Shown piece by piece: positions 1-9,924 of a stretch of DNA of 56,408 bases. Under the pieces are notes generated by a model. It ran no database searches, was not told the DNA's origin, and saw nothing but the letters and a program-made list of their open reading frames with translations. This DNA comes from Candidatus Parcubacteria bacterium. Lineage in GTDB: Bacteria; Patescibacteriota; Minisyncoccia; Phycocordibacterales; UBA6065. Location of the stretch: contig JBDKKJ010000007.1 of the NCBI GenBank assembly GCA_039796155.1, positions 1-56,408 of the forward strand, given 5' to 3'. The position numbers and the translations under genes were made by a program. Every line of letters begins with the position of its first letter. Positions within the stretch are counted from its first letter, which is position 1.

Positions 1-18
1 CGCCTCTTTACAATAAGC

Positions 19-198
19 CTACTTAAAGAAGAAAAAGAGTGAGAGTGCAAAGAATGCCACCGCAGCAATAAACTGAATCTTATTTGCTCCATTAACATCT
101 TTTGCCCAGCCCTTAGAAATCATAAACGCAGCTATCTTTGGAACAGATTGGCCACCATAACTTCGTGGAATATTACCTTCGTCAAATTGAACTCCCAT
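19..198 (-). CDS. small hypothetical protein (59 aa) with C-terminal hydrophobic helix
   Basis: Own minus-strand reading: ATG at 196-198, stop at 19-21. It is below the 60-aa cutoff of the ORF track. MGVQFDEGNIPRSYGG...AVAFFALSLFFFFK. Confidence 0.3.
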   Translation of the reverse strand: MGVQFDEGNIPRSYGGQSVPKIAAFMISKGWAKDVNGANKIQFIAAVAFFALSLFFFFK

Positions 199-233
199 GG
201 TTGTAATGATTAAACTTTAATATCCCTAGTATA

Positions 234-1880
234 TCACGCTCGAGCTAAATGGTTGAGCATATACTGCTTTGTAGCACCAACCTTTTTACCTGGATTCATT
301 ATATTGCTTGGATCAAAGGCAGACTTGGTCTCTGCAAACAACGTAATCACTTCAGGACTAAACATTTTAGCCAAATACGGCGTTCGAATAATACCGTCAT
401 TGTGTTCGGCCGTAAGTGAACCTTTAAACGAGAGCACAAGGTCATACACCTTGTCTGACACTTCATCAATAATTGGCACATTCTTTGGATCTTTCATATC
501 CATAAGTGGAATGATGTGGAAATTTCCGTTTCCTGCATGTCCTGCAATTGTGTAGACCAACTTATAATCATCAAGGATTTTACGCATCTTTGGCAAAAAT
601 TCAGGCATAGCAGACGGTGGAACAATCACGTCATCGATAAATGGAGCGGTTCGTCTTCCCTTTACGTGCTGACGGAGGAGGTTAAAGCTCTCACGTCGAA
701 TCGTCCAATACTTTTCAGAATCGAATTCGTTCTTTGCCCGACGCATTCTAAAGCCATAGTGTTTTATCTTTGCTTCGAGTTGCGACATGGTGTCATAAAT
801 TTCAGCATCAGTGTCACCTGAAAATTCAACAAGGAGCACGAGTTTTGGAAAACCTCCGAAAATTGCCATAAATCCTTCAGGAATAAAGCTCCATGCGAGA
901 CGGAAGAAGTTGAGTTTCATTGTTTTGAGCATTGAAGGCAAGAATTTCACAGCGAGAGCCATTGTACTGTCATCGTATGACTCGAGGCTTTCTGGTTTAA
1001 AAGGAAGAATGTCGTTTACAATCTCACCAAGCTTGCTGATCTCAGGCATAAAGATTACAAACAACTTTGAAAGCGGTTTTATCGGCACCAAACGGATTTT
1101 CACTTCGGTCACAATAGCCAAAGTCCCCTGTGAACCCACGATGAGCTTTGTTAAATCGAATACTTCTCCATTCCACACATTCCACAGATAGTATCCAGCA
1201 GAGTTCTTACTTACTTTTGGTTTTGCTTCGGCGAGCATGTCCTTATTTTTTGAAACCATGTCCCAAACCTTGCGATACACCTCTCCCTCAAAATCTTCTT
1301 GTGAAAGTTTTGCCTTGAGTCCTTCTTTATCAAGAGGTTTTACGGTGTATTCATTGCCGTCAGAAAAAATAACAGAAAGTTCAAGAATATAGTCTTCAGT
1401 TTTTCCGTATTTAAGAGTTTTTTCACCCGCAGAGTTGTTCCCTATCATTCCACCAATCGTATTGAGGTTCTTTGAAGCTGTGTAGCACGGAAGGAGAACG
1501 CCGAGTTTTGACGCTTCGGGCTCGAAATCACGATAAAACGTTCCCGGCAAAACTCGAGCGTACTCTTTGGTGATCTCTTTAATACCGTGCATGTAACGTG
1601 TTACATCAAGGATAATCGATTCATTGAGAGGTCCTCCAGCCATACAGGTTCCCGCAGAACGGACCGTCACAGAAAGGTCAGAATATGCGGCTTTATTGAT
1701 ACGAACAAAATGAACAACCGCTTTTATATCAGTAGCATCCTTTGGAAAAAGAACTATCCGCGGACGAACCTCAAGGAGACTCGCATCATGACTGAATGTA
1801 GTCAGAGTCGCAGAAGAGTCCTCGATATCGCCTTTAAAATTGTCTTTAAGGAAAGTTTTAAGAGCAGTTATTGAGTCCAT
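234..1880 (-). CDS. FAD-binding oxidoreductase (GlcD / D-lactate dehydrogenase-like)
   Basis: 548-aa ORF. FAD-binding region motifs (VRSAGTCMAGG, IGGMIGNNSAGEKTLKYG) and C-terminal GHAGNGNFH / AEHNDG motifs typical of FAD-linked oxidases. Confidence 0.85.
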   Translation of the reverse strand: MDSITALKTFLKDNFKGDIEDSSATLTTFSHDASLLEVRPRIVLFPKDATDIKAVVHFVRINKAAYSDLSVTVRSAGTCMAGGPLNESIILDVTRYMHGIKEITKEYARVLPGTFYRDFEPEASKLGVLLPCYTASKNLNTIGGMIGNNSAGEKTLKYGKTEDYILELSVIFSDGNEYTVKPLDKEGLKAKLSQEDFEGEVYRKVWDMVSKNKDMLAEAKPKVSKNSAGYYLWNVWNGEVFDLTKLIVGSQGTLAIVTEVKIRLVPIKPLSKLFVIFMPEISKLGEIVNDILPFKPESLESYDDSTMALAVKFLPSMLKTMKLNFFRLAWSFIPEGFMAIFGGFPKLVLLVEFSGDTDAEIYDTMSQLEAKIKHYGFRMRRAKNEFDSEKYWTIRRESFNLLRQHVKGRRTAPFIDDVIVPPSAMPEFLPKMRKILDDYKLVYTIAGHAGNGNFHIIPLMDMKDPKNVPIIDEVSDKVYDLVLSFKGSLTAEHNDGIIRTPYLAKMFSPEVITLFAETKSAFDPSNIMNPGKKVGATKQYMLNHLARA

Positions 1881-1882
1881 AA

Positions 1883-2770
1883 TTATATTTTATTAAAGAT
1901 ACGAAGCTTTTCTTCAATTACGGCTTGCATCGCCTCTATAGTTGGTTTCATAATCTTGTAAGGAGCAACCTGAGATGGATCTTTTGTTACCTGAGCTACA
2001 AGGGCGTCGCGAAAAGCGACTCGTATTTCAGTATTCACATGTATGATCGCGACGCCTGCATTAATCGCTGCTACAAAATCCTCAGCAGAGTTTCCCGATC
2101 CACCATGGAGCACCAATGGCACCTTCACAGCCTTTGAAATCTCTCCGATTCGGCCAATATTGAGCGCAGGATCCTTTCCGCCCGAGAGCATTCCGTGAAT
2201 ATTTCCTACAGCTGGCGCAAGCATATCCACACCTGTTGCATCACGGAACTTTTTCGCTTCATCTGGCTTTGTTAAAAACTCTTCGCTAATTTTTACGCCC
2301 TCTGGAATTGCATCAAGTACCTTTGAAGACTTTCCGATAAACCCAATTTCAGCTTCAACAAGAATGTTTGCATTCTTTTTCTTTGCATAGGCAACACATT
2401 TTTTAGTTGCAGCCACATTGTCATCAAAAGATTGCTCAGTGCCGTCATATATAACAGAATCATATCCCGCATCAACCACTTCTTTTACTTTTTCAAACGA
2501 ATACGTGTGATCAGCGTTGAGGAAAATCGGAAAACCTTCAGATTTTACTGAATCAACAAGTGCGCGGACCTGAGTGACACCCATAAACTCTCTTTCACCT
2601 TCTGATACACCGATAATAACGGGCACTTGAAGTTTCTTTGCTGCATTCACAACCGCCCAAAAACCTTCAAGATTTGAAATATTAAAATGTCCGATAGCAA
2701 CCTTCTTTGCGAGCGCCTCCTCTACGTAACTCTTAAGTGCTTTTGGTCGCGATGTGAAAAATGTAAACAT
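1883..2770 (-). CDS. fba: class II fructose-bisphosphate aldolase
   Basis: 295-aa ORF. GHFNISNLEG, LNADH and LVLHGGSG motifs of class II FBA/tagatose-bisphosphate aldolases. Confidence 0.9.
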   Translation of the reverse strand: MFTFFTSRPKALKSYVEEALAKKVAIGHFNISNLEGFWAVVNAAKKLQVPVIIGVSEGEREFMGVTQVRALVDSVKSEGFPIFLNADHTYSFEKVKEVVDAGYDSVIYDGTEQSFDDNVAATKKCVAYAKKKNANILVEAEIGFIGKSSKVLDAIPEGVKISEEFLTKPDEAKKFRDATGVDMLAPAVGNIHGMLSGGKDPALNIGRIGEISKAVKVPLVLHGGSGNSAEDFVAAINAGVAIIHVNTEIRVAFRDALVAQVTKDPSQVAPYKIMKPTIEAMQAVIEEKLRIFNKI

Positions 2771-2790
2771 GGGATTATTTTACCATAATA

Positions 2791-2818
2791 GCAAAAGGGC
2801 CGGAATAAATTCCGGCCC
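2791..2818 (-). terminator. intrinsic terminator hairpin
   Basis: 9-bp stem GGGCCGGAA/TTCCGGCCC (2797-2818) with a 4-nt loop. On the minus strand it is followed by TTTTGC. It lies downstream of the small minus-strand ORF 2836-3144. Confidence 0.5.
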
Positions 2819-2835
2819 CCTTTGTGTGAAGCCAA

Positions 2836-3144
2836 TCAGAACTGATCAGCAAGGGACAGACTGAACGCCCGATCGAGCTGACCAACGAGATTACGAATGA
2901 GCACAGCGATGTTTTCCTCGGACTTCTCGTCATCGAGAGAAACAACATCAGAACCGACGGTGAAGAGGAACGCATGTTCAACATCACAGGCGAACACGTT
3001 TCCAACAGGATCGCACCACGTTTGAAATTTTTCCGAAATCGCAAAACGAATGCTCTCCGACGAAGCTGAAGCGATGATTCCGGTAACAGTCACACTAAAC
3101 CTGTTACCGTCCACCCCACCAACAATGACGCTTAAGTTTTTCAT
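2836..3144 (-). CDS. hypothetical protein (102 aa)
   Basis: Internal Met (MKNLSVIVGG...) of the 157-aa track ORF. The longer form would overlap the divergent PfkB start. A terminator hairpin lies downstream. Confidence 0.35.
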   Translation of the reverse strand: MKNLSVIVGGVDGNRFSVTVTGIIASASSESIRFAISEKFQTWCDPVGNVFACDVEHAFLFTVGSDVVSLDDEKSEENIAVLIRNLVGQLDRAFSLSLADQF

Positions 3145-3299
3145 AGAGATGAAAACTTGATATTGGACTTGTCGAAAAGAGTCGACATAGGCTCGGAAAA
3201 GCTGTAAGCCTTTCTGGTATACCATTATACACCCAAAAACACTCGTAGTCAATAGACCTTTTCCCTTATATATACAGCTGTATTTGCTACAATGTCTCC

Positions 3300-4295
3300 A
3301 TGTTCTCAAAACAAATTGAATTCTTGGCGATTGGTGACATCGTTACCGACGCATTTATTAAGCTAAAGGAAGCTCACGTTACCTGTTCTGTTGATCGTGC
3401 AAATTGCGAAATCTGTATGAAATTCGGTGACAAGATTCCTTATGAATCTGTTGACGTCATAAACGCTGTTGGAAATAGCGCGAATGCCGCAGTCTCAGCC
3501 GCGCGCCTTGGCATCCGCTCTACCCTTGTAACCGATGTAGGAGGTGATTCATACGGACAAGAAGCGATTACCGAACTCAAGCGTAACAAAGTAGACACAA
3601 AATTTGTTCACGTGCATAAAGGTATGCCAACCAACTATCACTATGTCCTCTGGTATGGTGATGAGCGAACAATCCTTGTAAAGCACCAAGACTATAATCG
3701 AGTGTACCCAAAGATGAAGAATCCGAAATGGGTCTACGTGAGCTCACTTGGTGGCAACTCACTCGACTATCACACAGCAATTACAAAATGGCTCGTGGCA
3801 AATCCAGATATTAAAGTCGCATTCCAGCCAGGTACGTTCCAGATGAATCTTGGACTTGAGAAACTGGGAGACCTCTACAAACGATCTGATGTTTTCTTTT
3901 GTAATAAAGAAGAAGCTCAGCGAATTTTGAAGACTTCGGAGACTGATATTAAAAAACTTATGGAAATGGTTCGGGCTATTGGACCAAAAACTGTTGTAGT
4001 AACAGATGGGCCAAATGGCGCGTATGCGTACGACGGTCAGAATGCATTCTTTATGCCTCTCTACCCTGATCCAAAACCGCCTGTTGAACGAACTGGTGCT
4101 GGTGACGCATTTGCTTCGACACTCACCGTCGCTCTTGCACTTGGAAAGTCACTCGAAGAAGCACTTCTCTGGGCACCTATCAATTCAGCATCAGTTGTTC
4201 AAGATGTTGGTGCACAACGAGGACTCCTTACGCAAGCACAGCTTCAGGAGTGGCTTGCAAAAGCTCCCGCAGATTACAAACCACGAAAGTTATAA
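3300..4295 (+). CDS. PfkB-family carbohydrate kinase (ribokinase-like)
   Basis: 331-aa ORF. N-terminal GDIVTD and C-terminal TGAGDAF motifs of the PfkB family. Confidence 0.85.
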   Translation: MFSKQIEFLAIGDIVTDAFIKLKEAHVTCSVDRANCEICMKFGDKIPYESVDVINAVGNSANAAVSAARLGIRSTLVTDVGGDSYGQEAITELKRNKVDTKFVHVHKGMPTNYHYVLWYGDERTILVKHQDYNRVYPKMKNPKWVYVSSLGGNSLDYHTAITKWLVANPDIKVAFQPGTFQMNLGLEKLGDLYKRSDVFFCNKEEAQRILKTSETDIKKLMEMVRAIGPKTVVVTDGPNGAYAYDGQNAFFMPLYPDPKPPVERTGAGDAFASTLTVALALGKSLEEALLWAPINSASVVQDVGAQRGLLTQAQLQEWLAKAPADYKPRKL

Positions 4296-4300
4296 TAAAA

Positions 4301-4323
4301 AGACCCCGCTAGGGGTCTTTTTA
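4301..4323. terminator. bidirectional intrinsic terminator
   Basis: AGACCCC-GCTA-GGGGTCT hairpin flanked by an A-run upstream and a T-run downstream. It sits between convergent genes ending at 4295 and 4328. Confidence 0.65.
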
Positions 4324-4327
4324 TTAC

Positions 4328-4960
4328 TTAAATTGTCACCACCACTTCTTCCTTTGAATATCGTACCTTTTTGTACTGAGCAGTCTTGTCATCTGCAGAT
4401 CTGTATCCTAGAGTCAAAAACGCGAGTGAGGACACGCCAAGTGCGTCGAGCCCAAGAATCTTATCTACCTGCGCGTGATCAAATCCTTCCATTGGACACG
4501 CATCAATCCCTTTTGTCGCTGCAGCAAGGAGCGCTGTACCGAGCGGAATGTATACCTGTCGTGAAGACCATGATTTTACCTGTTCAGCTGTCTGTGGCTT
4601 GATTGTACCCTTCATCATATCTGCGTACCCTTGAAGATCAGAGGTCTTCATTCCGCGTGTCTCAGCAATAGAAGCAATGTACTTATCTACAAACGCTTCA
4701 TTTACGTCGTTTCGAACGGTAAGCACGACAAGGTGTGATGCATCTGTCACCTGTGTTTGATCCCATGAGGCTGCACGGATCTTTGCGCGAACTTCTGGAT
4801 TTGAAACAACGATGAATTTCCAAGGCTGAAGACCAAATGACGAAGCGGACAATCTCATTGATTCAATGATTGTACTGAAATCCTCCTCTGAAACTTTCTT
4901 TGATGGATCGAAAGCTTTTGTTGCGTAACGCCAGTTGAGAGCTTTAATAATATCTTGCAT
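4328..4960 (-). CDS. NAD(P)H nitroreductase family protein
   Basis: 210-aa ORF. The N-terminal RYATKAFD motif and the overall pattern fit NfsB/oxygen-insensitive nitroreductases. Confidence 0.85.
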   Translation of the reverse strand: MQDIIKALNWRYATKAFDPSKKVSEEDFSTIIESMRLSASSFGLQPWKFIVVSNPEVRAKIRAASWDQTQVTDASHLVVLTVRNDVNEAFVDKYIASIAETRGMKTSDLQGYADMMKGTIKPQTAEQVKSWSSRQVYIPLGTALLAAATKGIDACPMEGFDHAQVDKILGLDALGVSSLAFLTLGYRSADDKTAQYKKVRYSKEEVVVTI

Positions 4961-5050
4961 GTGTATTGTATTAATGGAAGTAATGAAGACAGTATACTGC
5001 TGTTTACTTTACTTTGTAAAGTATTGATATATATGTTATGCTGTGGCGCA

Positions 5051-5383
5051 ATGAAGAAAAAAGCAAACAATTCTAAAAAGACAGATTGTGCTGTCTGTCC
5101 TATCGCAAAAACCGCTGACCTTGTGGGTGATCACTGGACACTTCTTATCATCCGCGACCTTTTGACAGGTAAAAAAAGATTTGGAGACCTGGAGGCATCG
5201 CTCGCAGGTATCAGCTCACGTACACTTACCAAAAAACTTGAGACCCTTGTTTCAAACAACCTTGTTGTACGTGAAGAATTCAGTGAAAAGCCACCCCGTG
5301 TTGAATATTCACTTACATCTAAAGGCAAAGACCTCCACGGCATCTCAGAAGCAATGCGAAAATACGGAGAAAAGCACTTATAA
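5051..5383 (+). CDS. HxlR-family winged-helix transcriptional regulator
   Basis: CPIAKTADLVGDHWTLLIIRDLL...RFGDL...ISSRTLTKKLETL is the HxlR signature. The start was trimmed to Met33 of the track ORF (ATG 5051). Confidence 0.85.
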   Translation: MKKKANNSKKTDCAVCPIAKTADLVGDHWTLLIIRDLLTGKKRFGDLEASLAGISSRTLTKKLETLVSNNLVVREEFSEKPPRVEYSLTSKGKDLHGISEAMRKYGEKHL

Positions 5384-5935
5384 CTTTTTTGTATATGGTG
5401 CCCAGAGCTTTTGCTCGAGAATACGAAAACAATAGAGAAGAAGACCGCCGAAAATCCATCCCGCAATAACCTGTGATGGATAGTGAACACCTAAATATAT
5501 CCGCGAGAGACCGACTAAAAGAACTATAAAAACTGTTCCCCAAAGCATGATATGACTCCTTGGGTGCTTGAGAGCTACCCAGCCCAAAATAACCAACGAC
5601 ATGAGCGCATGACCCGAAGGTAGAGCAAAGCCTGTTTCTGTATCATAGGTAATAATAGATGGATCAATTATGTGAGGCCGTTCAATCGCAAAAAAATGTT
5701 TAAGTAAGATAACCACGAGAGCCGATACCACAGTAATCACCACAAGTTCTGCGGCCACTCGCCATTTACCAACAAACATCAACGCTACCAAAAACAAAAT
5801 TGCTGGTATAACACCGTACGCACCTATACCGTATGAAAGAAAATACGATACAGGTTCCCATTTGGGACCAATCGATTGCACAGCATTCAATATTTTGTAA
5901 TCAAAACTTGAAAGAAAAATGATAAATGTCGGCAT
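5378..5935 (-). CDS. PAP2-family phosphatase (membrane)
   Basis: PSGH and SRIYLGVHYPSQV acid-phosphatase motifs; polytopic. The ATG at 5935 lies 1 nt after the upstream stop. The alternative start at 5974 would overlap the upstream gene by 38 nt. Confidence 0.75.
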   Translation of the reverse strand: MPTFIIFLSSFDYKILNAVQSIGPKWEPVSYFLSYGIGAYGVIPAILFLVALMFVGKWRVAAELVVITVVSALVVILLKHFFAIERPHIIDPSIITYDTETGFALPSGHALMSLVILGWVALKHPRSHIMLWGTVFIVLLVGLSRIYLGVHYPSQVIAGWIFGGLLLYCFRILEQKLWAPYTKKL

Positions 5936-5936
5936 C

Positions 5937-6503
5937 TTATTTCTTGAGGCTAACCACTTTCTGAATATCAGCACGGCGAAGCAATTCCTCCTGAAGAGCC
6001 AGGGCTAAATCCTTATCTATTGTCTCTAAAATACCTTTTGATTCATTTTGCACTGTTACAGCATCATCTGAACCAGCGGTCACAATAACCAATTTTGAAA
6101 CTCCCATCAGTTGCTGCGAGAACGTTCTCTCAATTGTAACGTTTTGAATTTGACGATACGGAATTGCAATCTCTTGTTTTGTAAAAATACCTTGTCTAAT
6201 TTTTAATGCATCGGCAGAAATAGAGAAGCCTTGGCTTCGATAGGCAAAACGTGCGACAAGCAAACAAATAATAAGCCCGAGGATTGAAACAACGAAACAG
6301 GTAAGACTCCCAATCGCCACAATACGCTGATATTGAGGTTCAACAAACGAGCTTCTTCTTAAAAGTGAAATAATAATTGCAAAAACCAAAAAAACAGTCG
6401 GAGTTTCAAGCCACTTTGATACGAAAATCAAATACGCCTTCTTACCGAATGTTTGGTAAGTTTCAAAAGAAAGAAGTGGAGCTTCGTTATTTTCCATATG
6501 CAC
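5937..6503 (-). CDS. membrane protein with bacterial PH (bPH_2, YdbS/YdbT-like) domain
   Basis: 188 aa. Two N-terminal TM helices followed by IRQGIFTKQEIAIPYRQIQNVTIE, typical of bPH_2 domains. Confidence 0.7.
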   Translation of the reverse strand: MHMENNEAPLLSFETYQTFGKKAYLIFVSKWLETPTVFLVFAIIISLLRRSSFVEPQYQRIVAIGSLTCFVVSILGLIICLLVARFAYRSQGFSISADALKIRQGIFTKQEIAIPYRQIQNVTIERTFSQQLMGVSKLVIVTAGSDDAVTVQNESKGILETIDKDLALALQEELLRRADIQKVVSLKK

Positions 6504-6588
6504 AGTATAGCATTAGAGGTTATACACAGAAACCAAGAGAATTTGAATAAAGTAAGGTAAAATAGAGGACAGCATAGTTTAAAACTAC

Positions 6589-6933
6589 ATGTCTCTTACA
6601 CCTTACCAAGAAAATCGCCCCTGGGGCATATTTCGTCAGTTCACAAAAAACGAGAAATCGACGGTAAAAATCATAGCCGTAAAACCAAACGAAGAACTTA
6701 GTCTTCAAACACACAATAATCGTGACGAATTCTGGCATGTTATCGCAGGATCAGGTTCTATTACCAAAGGGACAGAGATACTTCAGGCGAACCCCGGAAA
6801 TGAATTTTTTGTTCCCCGTACTACGGCACATCGAATATCAGCAGGTGCCGATGGATTGAGTATCCTTGAAATAGCGACCGGAGATTTCGACGAAAATGAC
6901 ATTATAAGATTAAGTGATCGTTACGGAAGATAA
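6589..6933 (+). CDS. cupin-type mannose-6-phosphate isomerase-like protein (type II PMI domain)
   Basis: 114 aa. RPWG..., LSLQTHNNRDEFWHVIAG and AHRI motifs match the cupin PMI domain of ManC-like proteins. Confidence 0.75.
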   Translation: MSLTPYQENRPWGIFRQFTKNEKSTVKIIAVKPNEELSLQTHNNRDEFWHVIAGSGSITKGTEILQANPGNEFFVPRTTAHRISAGADGLSILEIATGDFDENDIIRLSDRYGR

Positions 6934-8021
6934 TGAAATATTTCATTCTCATATCAGTATGTATTCTTGCTTTTATTATCATCTCTTTTTTGCTGAGAAA
7001 ATTTAGCAAGAAAAAATCTCCTCAACTTAAAATAGAACGCTCGTGCGAAAACCCTATTTTGTCACCCGGAAATCGTACGTGGACGACACAAGGAACATTT
7101 AATCCTGCAGCAGTTAAAGCAGACAACGGCGATATTCACCTTTTGTACCGTGCTATGGGAGACGATGGTATTTCCCGACTTGGACATGCATGGAGTACTG
7201 ACGGAGTGAACTTTAACGAAGATGTTCCCTATCCTGTATTTACCCTTTTAAACCCTCGCGCAAATGCTGTGCCTGCTGATCACCAAACATACGATATCCA
7301 GAAAAACCCTTCTGGTGGTGGCTGGAGTGGATCTGAAGACCCACGTATGGTTGAAATAGATGGAAGAATCTACGTAACATTCAATGCCTTTGATGGTTGG
7401 GATTTTGTACGTGTCGCAGTGATCTCAATTAATGAAAAAGATTTTTATGCTCAGAAATTCAACTGGAGTGATCCAATACTCCTTTCACCAAAAGGTCAGG
7501 TTCATAAAAACTGGGTTTTCTTCCCAGAAAAGATTAATGGCAAGTTCGCAATTCTCCACAGCATTTCTCCCGAGGTTCAGATCGACTATGTAAACAACCT
7601 TGATGATATAAAAAACGGTAAACAAGTAATCAATAGCAAGTTCGGTCAAAAAACTGCTCGTCCTACGTGGGATACATATGTTCGTGGAGCAGGACCTTCA
7701 CCACTTAGAACTAAAAAAGGATGGCTTGTACTCTATCATGCCGTAGATAAGAAGTATCCAAACCAGTATCGACTTGGTGCAATGCTTCTTGATCTTAAAA
7801 ATCCAACCAAAGTGATCGCACGCTCACCAGAACCTCTTCTTGTTCCTGAGATGTGGTACGAAAATGACTGGAAGCCTGGTGTTGTGTATGCCTGTGGAGC
7901 TGTTATTAAAGGTAAAGATCTTCTCATCTATTACGGTGGTGGAGACAGACATGTCTGTGTTGCAAAAACAGATGTGCACGATCTCCTTGAATGGATTATT
8001 CGACCGAAAAAAAATAAATAA
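6933..8021 (+). CDS. GH130-family glycoside phosphorylase/hydrolase with N-terminal membrane anchor
   Basis: 362 aa. N-terminal TM helix, then GH130/DUF377 pattern (NPILSP...FNPAAV...LLYRA..., EDPR, GWLVLYH, IYYGGGD). The start overlaps the upstream stop (TAATG). Confidence 0.85.
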   Translation: MKYFILISVCILAFIIISFLLRKFSKKKSPQLKIERSCENPILSPGNRTWTTQGTFNPAAVKADNGDIHLLYRAMGDDGISRLGHAWSTDGVNFNEDVPYPVFTLLNPRANAVPADHQTYDIQKNPSGGGWSGSEDPRMVEIDGRIYVTFNAFDGWDFVRVAVISINEKDFYAQKFNWSDPILLSPKGQVHKNWVFFPEKINGKFAILHSISPEVQIDYVNNLDDIKNGKQVINSKFGQKTARPTWDTYVRGAGPSPLRTKKGWLVLYHAVDKKYPNQYRLGAMLLDLKNPTKVIARSPEPLLVPEMWYENDWKPGVVYACGAVIKGKDLLIYYGGGDRHVCVAKTDVHDLLEWIIRPKKNK

Positions 8022-8022
8022 T

Positions 8023-9924
8023 ATGTTTATAGTTAAACGATCAGAAGCAAACCCGCTTATATCTCCCCTTGTAAACAATCCCTGGGAAGCTTCTGCAGCA
8101 TTTAACTGGTCACCTATTAAAGACAAAAAGCTTCTTCATGTTGTATACCGTGCAGTGTCAGAAATGGATCATCTCGACCCAACTCATCGACAAACATCTG
8201 TAATTGCCCACGCAACAAGTAAGGATGGCGAGCATTTTGAAAACCGAGCTCCGTTTATAACCCCTGACACTATTTTTGACGCCTTTGGATGTGAAGATCC
8301 TCGTGTGACAAAAATCGGTGGAACGTACTACACGTTTTATACAGCTCTTTCTACATACCCTTTTAGTGCACCTGGCATTAGAGTTGCGGTTGCGCTTAGT
8401 AAAGACTTGGAAACGGTGACTGAGAAGCATCTTGTGACACCATTTAACGCCAAGGCAATGGTACTTTTCCCTGAAAAAGTAAATGGAAAGTATTGTGCAC
8501 TCCTTACGGTTCACACCGATCAACCACCTTCAGTCATTGCTTACGCTGAATTTAATACGCTCGAAGAGATGTGGTCTCCCTCATACTGGAAAACGTGGTA
8601 CGAGAATCTTTCAAGCCATACAATTGATTTTAAGAGACATAACAGTGACCAGGTGGAAATAGGTGCCGTACCTCTTAAGACAAAAAATGGTTGGTTGGTT
8701 ATTTATTCACACATTGGGCACTACACCGACGGACATGGAGCGATTTTCGGTATCGAAGCGCTTCTCCTTGACCTCAACAATCCGCGTAAAATAATCGGAA
8801 GAACAAAAGGCCCATTCATGGTTCCAGAAACCTACTATGAGAAGACGGGTCATGTAGCGAACATAGCATTCCCTTCAGGTGCGCTTATTGATGGTGATCG
8901 ACTCGATATATACTATGGCGCTGCTGACACACACTGTGCACGAGCGTCTTTGTCACTTTCACACCTTTTACGATCAATGGCACCGCACGGCAATGAACTT
9001 GTCACACGCTTTGCAGGTAATCCAATCCTTGCCCCCCGCGCAGGAAAATCATGGGAAGAAGGTGGTGTACTCAACCCAGCAGCAATTGATTTGAAGGGTA
9101 AAGTTCATCTTCTTTACCGTGCAGCAACAACTCATAATGCTTCAACATTTGGATATGCTTCATCTAAAGACGGATACACTATCGATGAACGACCTGAAGA
9201 ACCTGCCTACAAAGCACGAATGGATTTCGAAGGTTTGGGTCGAAGTGAAAATATGGGATGTGAGGATCCTCGATTGGTTGAAATGGGCAAAAAGCTTTTG
9301 ATGACATACATCGCGTATGATGGAGCAACTCCTCGAATTGCAATTTCTACCATAGCAACTGAAGATTTCTTAAAAAAACGTTGGGATAAGTGGTCAACAC
9401 CTGAAACACTTTCTGAACCAGGAGTACCGAACAAGGACTGTGTAATTATTCCGGAAAAAATTAAAGGTAAGTACTATGTATATCATCGCGCCGGTACAAG
9501 TATTTGTGCTGACACGCTTGATTCACTTGATGCATCCAAGGATCGTATTACAAAATGTATTGAAGTACTCGCTCCCCGAAGAGGCATGTGGGACAGCCGT
9601 AAAGTCGGTATGGCGGGACCACTTATAAAAACCAAGAAAGGGTGGCTTGCTCTCTATCACGGCATATCAGAACACGGAACATATCGTGTTGGTGCAGCTC
9701 TCTTTGATCTTAAAGAACCAACACGTGTAATTTCACGAACTGTTGGACCTATATTTGAACCTACCGAGGACTACGAATTAAAAGGTGTGGTAAACAATGT
9801 TGTCTTTCCTTGCGGAACAGTTTGTCGCAAAGGGATCATCTATATCTATTACGGCGCTGCAGACAAAGTGACCTGTATGGCAAAAATCTCACTCGACGAA
9901 ATTCTTGATATACTGACGGTGTGA
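8023..9924 (+). CDS. tandem double-GH130 domain protein
   Basis: Two complete GH130 modules in one ORF (NPLISP...CEDPRV...GWLVIYSH...IYYGAAD, then NPILAP...CEDPRL...GWLALYHG...IYYGAAD). The ATG at 8023 follows the upstream stop; the track ORF start at 7840 overlaps the previous gene. Confidence 0.85.
   Translation: MFIVKRSEANPLISPLVNNPWEASAAFNWSPIKDKKLLHVVYRAVSEMDHLDPTHRQTSVIAHATSKDGEHFENRAPFITPDTIFDAFGCEDPRVTKIGGTYYTFYTALSTYPFSAPGIRVAVALSKDLETVTEKHLVTPFNAKAMVLFPEKVNGKYCALLTVHTDQPPSVIAYAEFNTLEEMWSPSYWKTWYENLSSHTIDFKRHNSDQVEIGAVPLKTKNGWLVIYSHIGHYTDGHGAIFGIEALLLDLNNPRKIIGRTKGPFMVPETYYEKTGHVANIAFPSGALIDGDRLDIYYGAADTHCARASLSLSHLLRSMAPHGNELVTRFAGNPILAPRAGKSWEEGGVLNPAAIDLKGKVHLLYRAATTHNASTFGYASSKDGYTIDERPEEPAYKARMDFEGLGRSENMGCEDPRLVEMGKKLLMTYIAYDGATPRIAISTIATEDFLKKRWDKWSTPETLSEPGVPNKDCVIIPEKIKGKYYVYHRAGTSICADTLDSLDASKDRITKCIEVLAPRRGMWDSRKVGMAGPLIKTKKGWLALYHGISEHGTYRVGAALFDLKEPTRVISRTVGPIFEPTEDYELKGVVNNVVFPCGTVCRKGIIYIYYGAADKVTCMAKISLDEILDILTV

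Noticed and set aside
2836-3309. Full 157-aa form of the minus-strand ORF and the overlapping 89-aa ORF (2775-3044)
   Set aside because: The long form would overlap the PfkB start and the promoter region. It was trimmed to the internal Met (102 aa). The 89-aa ORF crosses the terminator hairpin.
6118-6129. 12-bp perfect palindrome GAGAACGTTCTC
   Set aside because: It lies inside a CDS, lacks the N4 spacing of the LexA-type box, and a single short palindrome is expected by chance.
7840-8022. N-terminal 61-codon extension of the tandem GH130 ORF
   Set aside because: It overlaps the preceding GH130 gene in another frame. The ATG at 8023 directly follows the upstream stop, and the GH130 homology begins there.
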